Source: Octopus sinensis | Lineage: Eukaryota | Direction of reading: 5' to 3' | Assembly: GCF_006345805.1 (NCBI RefSeq) | Contig: NC_043013.1 | Coordinates: 10,540,001-10,604,000, forward strand | Length of the DNA stretch: 64,000 nucleotides | Shown: positions 55,524 through 64,000 of the stretch, one piece after another | Numbering within the stretch: the first letter of the stretch is position 1 | Layout of the letters: every line of letters begins with the position of its first letter | The notes under the pieces: model-generated | The model's database searches: none | What the model saw: only the letters and a program-made list of their open reading frames with translations | What the model was told of the DNA's origin: nothing | Position numbers and translations under genes: made by a program

Positions 55524-55790
55524 TCGGCGAGCTGGCAGAATCGTTAGTATGCGGAACGAAGTGCTCAGCGGTATTTCGCATGTCGCAACGTCCTGACTTC
55601 AAATTTCGCTGAGGTCAACTTTGCCTTTCATCCTTATGCACTGGGGTCGATATAATCAACTTAATCCGTTTGTCTGTCCTTGTTTGTCTCCTCTGTGTTT
55701 AGCTCCTTGTGGGTAGTAAAGAAATAGGTATTTCGCACGTCGCTACGTCCTGACTTTAAAAACCGCTGAGGTCGACTTTGCCTTTCATAT
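55524..55790 (+). mobile_element. SINE family 2
   Basis: Homology to other copies. Confidence 0.8.
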
Positions 55791-55898
55791 ATATATGTAT
55801 GTATGTACGTATATATATATATAATATATATATATATATATGTGTGTGGTGTGTGTGTGTGTGTGGTTTTTGTGTGTATATGTATATATGTATGTATG

Positions 55899-55936
<38 letters not shown>

Positions 55937-55979
55937 TCACTTTAAATTAAAAACATTCGACCCTGCAACACTATGTTAC

Positions 55980-56036
<57 letters not shown>

Positions 56037-56049
56037 TATATATATAACA

Positions 56050-57280
56050 CATGCAGGGAAATAGACACCTTTAATTTTCAAAATCCTTTATTTAAAACGC
56101 AAAGCGAACAATTGAAATGTAATCGATAGGTAGGACTGCATACTTTAGTATTAAGTAACATTCCCTTTGCAGTTTTTAATTCAGAAACTGTTTTTGGCAT
56201 TGAACTTATGAGCTTTGTGATTGTCTCTTGTGAAATTTCCGCCCACTTTTCACGCAACAATCGAAACAATTCATCTTTAGATTTAGGTTTCTGTCGAGTT
56301 TTTCGTAATGCTATTTCTAGTATGCTCCAAATATTTTCAATTGGGTTCATGTCAGGAGATTGACTCAGCCAAGGAAGCTTTTTGATCCCATTTTCAGTCA
56401 GTCACTGTCGATTCCTTTTCGCCGTGTGGCATGGAGCCACTTCTTCCATGATTAAAAACTCATTTTTTGTCATGTTATTGTGTGAATACATCGGAAGTAG
56501 TCCTTGCTTAAGTATTTTGATGTATTTTTCAGAGTTTATGACACCAAAACATTCGATCAGCTCAGAACGACCATTGCTGGTGATAGCTCCCCATACCATT
56601 ACAGAGATCCTGCCATGTTTCACAGTTGGTTGGAGTCGTTTCAAATCAAATTCTTGATTGGGAAGCCTTCAAACCCAAACACGTCCACTGTCCGAAAATA
56701 ATGCAAATCTGGATTAATTTAAGAAAATCACTCTATCACAAATTGAACTGGATTTTTCTGACATATTGGCCCAGTTCTTTCTTTTCATGATATTAATTGG
56801 TTGAAGGAGAGGTTTTCTTCTAGCTGCTCATCCATAATACCCATGCTTATGCCGACTAACTTCTTGGACTAACTTCTAGCTGTTTTGCAATGTCAGAAGC
56901 TTTTGAGCGGAGTTCGATTCCACAATTCACTTCAAACAGCGAAGCTTTCTTTCCGAGGGCCCAGGTCGACCGGGACGAGAATTCGTTGATTCATTCCTTG
57001 GCGTTTGAATTGTTATTAACAGTAGCAAGAGGAATTTGAAGATGTTCGGCAATTGGTCGCTGGCTAAGACGAGCCTCAGATTGCCCAACAATCTTTGAAA
57101 ATCTGATAGTTCTGCTGAATTTTTTCTTCGTGGTATGGTTACTCTTTGCAAATATTTAATATAATGGCATATGTAAGGAAAAAGAATAATTACATTGTAA
57201 ATTCTACACCGCTGAAAACATATTAAGACGCTTAGATCAGAAATTTTGAAAATTAAAGGTGTCTATTTACTTCCTGCATG
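56050..57280 (-). mobile_element. Near full-length decayed Tc1 transposon
   Basis: TIRs catgcagg..aaatagacacctttaattttcaaaat at 56050-56084 and 57243-57280; TVKHG..VMVWGAI, APCHTAK, SPDMNPIENIW motifs with stops. Confidence 0.9.
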
Positions 57281-57317
57281 TCTGTGTATCTATATATGTG
57301 TGTGTGTGCGTGTGTGT

Positions 57318-57675
57318 GTGTGGCTGTGTGGTAAGTAGATGCTTCCTACCACATTGTTTTGGGTTCGGTACCACTGCGTGGCACTTTGCGGAAGTGTCAT
57401 CTACTACAGCCACAGACTGACAAAACCTTCTGAGTGGATTTGGTAGACAGTGACTGAAAATAAGCCCGTCGTGTATATATATGTGTGTATATTTATGCGT
57501 TTGTCTTTGTGTCTGTGTTTGTCCCCACCACCAACGCTTGACAACAGATGTTGGTGTGTTTACGACCCCAGCAGAAGAGGGCGATAGGATATGTACCATT
57601 CTTACAAAGACTAAATCCTGGGGTCGATTTCTTCGACTAAAAGGCAGTGCTACAGCATAGCTGAAACAAGTAAAT
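57318..57675 (+). mobile_element. SINE family 3
   Basis: Head, TA/TG spacer, tail. Confidence 0.8.
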
Positions 57676-57703
57676 GAATATAGAAATATATATGTATAGA
57701 CAC

Positions 57704-57742
<39 letters not shown>

Positions 57743-57900
57743 TATTATATATATTTATAATATATATATATATATATATCACAATCAAGGAACGGCCATA
57801 TAGGCCATTCACCCACTAGAAATAAACAGCCAAAAAGCTTCAACCGCAAAATAACATTAATTCCGTAAATCAGGAGAAAATTAAAAAACATTACCCTGAA

Positions 57901-58005
57901 ATTCCTTAGACGATGCACCGTTTCTTCTACTGTTTAATGGTAAATTAACCTGATTAATTAAATCAAGCCAATCTACCATAGGCCTTAGATTCATCAGTAA
58001 GGAAT
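57901..58005 (-). ncRNA. Type I hammerhead, array unit 1
   Basis: 8-bp stem I AUUCCUUA/UAAGGAAU, CUGAUGA, GAAAC, GUC triplet. Confidence 0.85.
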
Positions 58006-58378
58006 AGCCAATCGGAACAGATATTTTCACGAGGCATCTCGTCCATGCCTCGCCAATATGACCAAAATTTTCAAATCTTCGCACTCGCGCAAATTTATCG
58101 GCAGCAAATAATATAAGCCGCCGATTCCATTACGGAACCAACTAGAAAATTCATATTAATCAATATAGGGAGGCAAAAAATTTTGTAGAATTCTTTTGCC
58201 CCAGCGGCCTAGTGGGAAAAAATTAAATAGTCATAAACCATTTTTAAGTTCAATATCACAATCAAGGAACGGCCATAATGGCCATTCACCCACTAGAAAT
58301 AACAGCCAAAAAGCTTCAACCGCAAATAACATTAATTCCGTAAATCAGGAGAAAATTAAAAAAAACATTTACCCTGAA

Positions 58379-58485
58379 ATTCCTTAGACGATGCACCGTT
58401 TCTTCTACTGTTTAATGGTAAATTAACCTGATTAAATTAAATCAAGCCAATCTACCATAGGCCCTTAGATTCATCAGTAAGGAAT
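58379..58485 (-). ncRNA. Type I hammerhead, array unit 2
   Basis: Same fold as unit 1. Confidence 0.85.
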
Positions 58486-59085
58486 AGCCAAATCGGAACA
58501 GATATTTTTCACGAGGCATTCTCGTCCATGCCTCGCCAATATCTGACCTAAAATTTTCAAATCTTCGCACTCGCGCCAAATTTATCGGCAGCAAATAAAT
58601 ATAAGCCGCCGATTCCATTACGGAACCAACTAGAAAATTCATAATTAATCAATATAGGGAGGCAAAAAAAAATTTGTAGAATTCTTTGCCCCCAGGGTAA
58701 ATGTTTTTTCAGGGTAAATGTTTTTAATTTTCTCCTGATTTACGGAATTAATGTTATTTGCGGTGAAGCTTTTTTGGCTGTTATTTCTAGTGGGTGAATG
58801 GCCTTTATGCCGTTCCTTGATGTGATATTGAACTTAAAAATGGTTTATGACTATTTAATTTTTTCCCACTAGGCCGCTGGGGGAAAAGAATTCTACAAAT
58901 TTTTTTTTGCCTCCCTATATTGATTAATTATGAATTTCTAGTTGGTTCCGTAATGGAATCGGCGGCTTATATTTATTTGCTGCCGAAAAATTTGGCGCGA
59001 GTGCGAAGATTTGAAAATTTTAGGTCAGATATTGGCGAGGCATGGACGAGAATGCCTCGTGAAAAATATCTGTTCCGATTTGGCT

Positions 59086-59190
59086 ATCCTTACTGATGAA
59101 TCTAGGGCCTATGGTAGATTGGCTTGATTTAATTAATCAGGTTAATTTACCATTAAACAGTAGAAGAAAACGGTGCATCGTCTAAGGAAT
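59086..59190 (+). ncRNA. Type I hammerhead, array unit 3
   Basis: Same fold; homopolymer indels (GAAAAC). Confidence 0.75.
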
Positions 59191-59572
59191 TTCAGGGTAA
59201 AGTTTTTTAATTTTCTCCTGATTTACGGAATTAATGTTATTTTGCGGTTGAAGCTTTTTGGCTGTTATTTATAGTGGGTGAATGGCCTATTATGGCCGTT
59301 CCTTGATTGTGATATTGAACTTAAAAATGGTTTATGACTATTTAATTTTTTCCCACTAGGCCGCTGGGGGCAAAGAATTCTACAAAATTTTTTTTGCCTC
59401 CCTATATTGATTATATGAATTTTCTAGTTGGTTCCGTAATGGAATCGGCGGTGGCTATATTTATTGCTGCCGATAAATTTGGCGCGAGTGCGAAGATTTG
59501 AAAATTTTAGGTCAGATATTGGCGAGGCATGGACGAGAATGCCTCGTGAAAAATATCTGTTCCGATTTGGCT

Positions 59573-59682
59573 ATTCCTTACTGATGAATCTAAGGGCCTA
59601 TGGTAGATGGCTTGATTTATTTAATCAGGTTAATTTTACCATTAAACAGTAGAAGAAAACGGTGCTGCATCGTCTAAGGAAT
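59573..59682 (+). ncRNA. Type I hammerhead, array unit 4
   Basis: Same fold; small insertion in loop III. Confidence 0.75.
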
Positions 59683-60057
59683 TTCAGGGAAATGTTTTTT
59701 AATTTTCTCCTGATTTACGGAAATAATGTTATTTTGCGGTTTGAAGCTTTTTGGCTGTTTATTCTAGGGGGTGAATGGCCTATTATGGCCGTTCTTGATT
59801 GTGATATTGAACTTAAAAATGGTTTATTGACTATTAATTTTTTCCACTAGGCCGCTGGGGGCAAAGAATTCTACAAAATTTTTTTTGCCTCCCTATATTG
59901 ATTAATTATGAATTTTCTATGTTTCCGTAATGGAATCGGCGTATATTTATTTGCTGCCGATAAATTTGGCGCGAGTGCGAGATTTGAAAATTTTAGGTCA
60001 GATATGGCGAGGCATGGACGAGAATGCCTCGTGAAAAATATCTGTTCCGATTTGGCT

Positions 60058-60164
60058 ATTCCTTACTGATGAATCTAAGGGCCTATGGTAGATTGGCTTG
60101 ATTTAATTTAATCAGGTTAATTACCATTAAACAGTTAGAAGAAACGGTGCATCGTCTAAGGAAT
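60058..60164 (+). ncRNA. Type I hammerhead, array unit 5
   Basis: AUUCCUUA CUGAUGA A UCUA..UAGA A GAA ACG GUGCAU CGU C UAAGGAAU. Confidence 0.85.
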
Positions 60165-60780
60165 TTCAGGGTAAATGTTTTTTTTAATTTTCTGATTTAC
60201 GGAATTAATGTTATTTTGCGTGGTTGAAGCTTTTTGGCTGTTATTTCTAGTGGGTGAATGGCCTATTATGGCCGTTCTGTTGTGATATTGAACTTAAAAA
60301 TGGTTTATGACTATTTAATTTTTTCCCACTAGGCCGCTGGGGCAAAAGAATTCTACAAATTTTTTTGCCTCCCTATATTGATTAATTATATATATAGATA
60401 TATATATATATATAGCGGCGTACGTACACTTTATTCTCTTATATATATATCGGATTCCTTACATGTATAATGCGTACCGGCACAACACTACAGATAAGCT
60501 TAAAAGTCTAACATCACATCACATCGCTTCCGAATATATCGTTTGTCTCCCTTTGCTTTGTAGATGTTCTAGTTGTTTGCCATTGCCGCTTCTTATGGAT
60601 ATTAAAGCCGACACTGCCAGTCAATGAAGTTAGATTCTAATAGACCTAAATGACTTTTATATTGATTTTTTATGGCGTTCTGTGGCTCCAGCTAGCTTAT
60701 CGTCGTACCCCTTTATGTTGATGTGTATATGTGGATGTGTGTATGCGTGTGTGTGCGTGTAAGTATTATATATATATAAT

Positions 60781-60811
<31 letters not shown>

Positions 60812-60821
60812 GAGTGTGTAT

Positions 60822-60857
<36 letters not shown>

Positions 60858-61015
60858 TATATGTATATATAAATAGAAGTATAATATATATATGCATATA
60901 TTTTACATATACATTACTATGAATGTACACATATTTGTGTGTAGACATACACCCATACATACACACACACGCACACAGAACACACATATATTTGTACATG
61001 ATGTCTCTATATGCA

Positions 61016-61065
<50 letters not shown>

Positions 61066-61106
61066 CATATAAATATATATGTGTGTAATGTGTGTGTGTA
61101 TATATT

Positions 61107-61161
<55 letters not shown>

Positions 61162-61492
61162 GTGTGTGTGTATGTGTGTATAAGAGAGAGGGAGAGAGAG
61201 TCATATGCATGTCTGTTTATTTTCTTTTGTGTGTGTTATGTATGTGAATATTCGTATTTGTGTAATATTGTTTTTTTTTATCTTCAGCATATTTTCGGGA
61301 TGGATAACTTTTTAATGCTTCTATAATCTTATTTGTTCTTTTTAACGTTTTCCTTACTACGTTCTATTTTATACATTTTCTTGTATCTAAAAAGTTTTAC
61401 TTATTTTTTATTATTATTTTTCTATGTTTTTACTCTTTGTTATCATTCCTCATGTTAATACTCTTGTGTTTATAATATTCTTATGTCAGTAT

Positions 61493-62165
61493 GGCGGCGA
61501 GCTGGCAGAAACGTTAGCACGCCGGGTGAAATGCGTAGCCGTATTTCGTCGAGGTCGAATTCCGCCGAGGTCGACTTCGCTTTCATCCTTCCGCGGTCGA
61601 TAAATTAAGTACCAGTTACGCACTGGGGTCGATGTAATCGACTTCATCCGTTTGTCTGTCCTTGTTTGTCCTCTCTGTGTTTAGCCCCTTGTGAGTAGTA
61701 AAGGAAAAAAGCGGTGAGCTGGCAGAGACGTTAGCTCGCCGGGCGAAATGCTTAGCGGTATTTCCTCTGCCGTTACGTTGTGAGTTCAAATTCCGCCGAG
61801 GTCAACTTTACCTTTCATCCTTTTAGGTTCGATAAATTAAGTACCAGTTATGCACTGGGTTCGATATGATCGACTTAATCCCTTTGTCTTTCCTTGTTGT
61901 ACCATCAGTGTTTAGCCCCCTGTGGGCAATAAAGAAATAAATAGTCGCATGTTAAAAAGGCGGCGAGCTGGCAGAAACGTTAGCACGCCTTGCGAAATGC
62001 CTAGCGATATTTCGTTTGTCGTTACGTTCTGAGTTCAAATTCCGCCGAGGACGACTTTGCTTATCATTCCTTCGGAATATTTAAATTATGTACCAGTTGC
62101 GTACTGGGGTCGATCTAATCGACTCAACCTCCTTCCAGAAAACTTCGGCCTTGTTCCAGGAGTAG
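61493..62165 (+). mobile_element. Three tandem SINE family 2 copies
   Basis: Heads at ~61493, ~61711, ~61960. Confidence 0.85.
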
Positions 62166-62941
62166 TAAAGAATATTCTTGTTAAAGTAAATTTTTTTCTT
62201 CTTCGTCACTTTCTGCTCTTTTATTTCTTATCTTTCTCCTCATCTATCTCTGCTACTCAAAATGATGTCTATATATATTTTATATTTATTTTATTGGTTC
62301 AAGGTCGCACACACACACACACACATCGCAATTACACACACGCACGCACGTACACACATACACACGTATTCGTGTTTGAAATAATGTGTTTGTGTGGGTG
62401 TTTCTGAATGCATGTGCGAGTGTGTGTATATGTGTGTATGTGTATGTGTGTTGTGTGTGTGTGTGTGTGTGTTTGTGCTTGTGAAAGTGTGTGTGTTTGT
62501 GTTTATGAATGTGTGTGCGTGTGTCTGTTTATGAACATGTGTGTGTGTTTATTCATAACTGTATGTGTATGTATGTGTTTGTGAATGTGTGCATGTGTGT
62601 GTGTCTGTGCGCGTTCATGTCACTGGCACAGTTTCACTGAATGTGTAGAAAACCAGTTTCTTGCCATATGTTATAAACCTCACGAGTTCCATCCCCACCC
62701 CTCTTCATCTTTTTACTTCAAAATTTTACGCGTTTCAGTCACTAGACTGTGGTCAAAAATGGACGCTGTCTTCAAGAATTTATCGGACAAATCTTGCCCA
62801 GTACCTACTTTTCAAATCTGGTACATGTTATATCGGAATTGTTATGCCGAACTTGCTACGCTACAGAGAATAAATAAAGGAAACCGGGAAACTGGTCCTA
62901 TGAACAAACAATTTATATGATATGCATACCCACACATACTT

Positions 62942-63322
62942 GGAAGTACTCCGTCGGTTACGACGACGAGGGTTCCGGTTGATCCGATCAACAGAACAGC
63001 CTGCTCGTAAAATTAACGTGTAAGTGGCTGAGCACTCCACAGACACGTGTAACCTTAACGCAGTTCTCGGGGATATTCAGCGTGACACAGAGAGTGACAA
63101 GGCCGGCCCTTTGAAATACAGGTACAACAGAAACAGGAAGTAAGAGTGAGAGAAAGTTGTGATGAAAGAGTACAGCAGGGATCACCACCATCCTTGCCGG
63201 AGCCTCGTAGAGCTTTAGGTGTTTTTGCTCAATAAATACTCACAACACCCGGTCTGGGAATCGAAACCGCGACCCTACGACCGCGAGTCCGCTGCCGTAA
63301 CCACTGGGCCATTGCGCCTCCT
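62942..63322 (-). mobile_element. Full-length SINE family 1 with 12-bp TSD
   Basis: ccacacatactt at 62930-62941 and 63323-63334. Confidence 0.92.
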
Positions 63323-63502
63323 CCACACATACTTATAATAGAGTGCTAAGACATTCGATGTTTTACCCTGAAATACCCTGTGAAGAGACAAAAGGAGAAA
63401 GAAGAGAAAACAAAACAGAACGGAAAAGATATTCAGTTAATTTAAGTAATTTGACACGAATCTAAATCAATCTGAAATTGTGAGTACGCACACACACACG
63501 CG

Positions 63503-63548
<46 letters not shown>

Positions 63549-63584
63549 TATACACATATCGTATACTCTTTTACTCTTTTACTC

Positions 63585-63796
63585 TTACACTTGTTTCAGT
63601 CATTTGACAGTGGCCATGCTGGAGCACCGCCTTTAGTCGAGCAAATCGTCTGCAGGACTTATTCTTTGTAAACTTAGTACTTATTCTATCGGTCACTTTT
63701 GCCGAACCGCTAAGTTACGGGGTCGTAAACACACTACCATCAGTTTGTCAAGCGATGTTGGGGGGAACGAGCACAGACACACAAACATATACACAC

Positions 63797-63827
<31 letters not shown>

Positions 63828-63990
63828 CGACGGGATTCTTTTAGTTTCTATTTACCTATTCCACTCACAACTCTTTGGTCGGCCGGAAGCTGTAGTAGAA
63901 GACACTTACCCAAGGCGCCACGTAGTGGGACTAAACACGGAACCATATGGTTCGTAAGCAAGCTACTTACCACACACCCACTCCTACGCT
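63585..63990 (-). mobile_element. SINE family 3
   Basis: Tail, microsatellite, head. Confidence 0.85.
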
Positions 63991-64000
63991 ATAACATATC

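Larger units (their letters stand above)
57776..60388. mobile_element. ~480-bp HHR-containing tandem repeat (retrozyme/PLE pseudo-LTR-like): ~1.9 units one way, ~3.5 units inverted
   Basis: Periods 477-492; inversion junction at 58693-58695; (TA)n at both outer ends; HHR in each unit. Confidence 0.85.

Noticed and set aside
57776-60388. Short ORFs in the 480-bp repeat, and the idea that the inversion is a missed-adapter artefact
   Set aside because: ORFs are broken differently in each unit. The arms are unequal and out of phase by ~167 nt, so it is not an exact mirror, though read-level confirmation is still needed
6225-63322. tRNA-like sequences
   Set aside because: They are SINE heads followed by SINE bodies and TSDs; no complete cloverleaf gene

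Overview
Animal nuclear DNA that is almost entirely repetitive. The SINE families and (TA)n/(CA)n/(GATA)n microsatellite load match what I recall of Octopus genomes (recognition, not a database search). I found no confident host protein-coding gene, rRNA, true tRNA gene or CRISPR array; nearly all ORFs in the supplied track are microsatellite translations. Ordinary content: three abundant tRNA-derived SINE families, decayed mariner/Tc1 transposons, CR1/L2 and L1/Tx1 LINE relics, and a 100-N scaffold gap. The unusual content is a set of unrelated hammerhead-ribozyme (HHR) bearing inserts, mostly sitting inside (TA)n tracts. The best case is a ~480-bp tandem repeat at 57776-60388 with a complete type I HHR in every unit (5 HHRs), in two opposed arrays whose outward 3' ends merge into (TA)n, resembling a non-LTR retrozyme or Penelope pseudo-LTR array. 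Further type I HHRs or HHR-like motifs lie at 1764-1822, 4707-4763 (duplicated at 5817-5873), 26553-26615, 39731-39776 and 48034-48121; the last follows a Penelope-like GIY-YIG C-terminal remnant. A CUGUCGA core variant occurs at 6047 and 29506. A ~780-800-bp tandem element (1-1570 and 46806-47772) holds all HHR core blocks in a non-canonical scrambled order with a compensatory base change. All folds were derived by eye; no activity has been shown.
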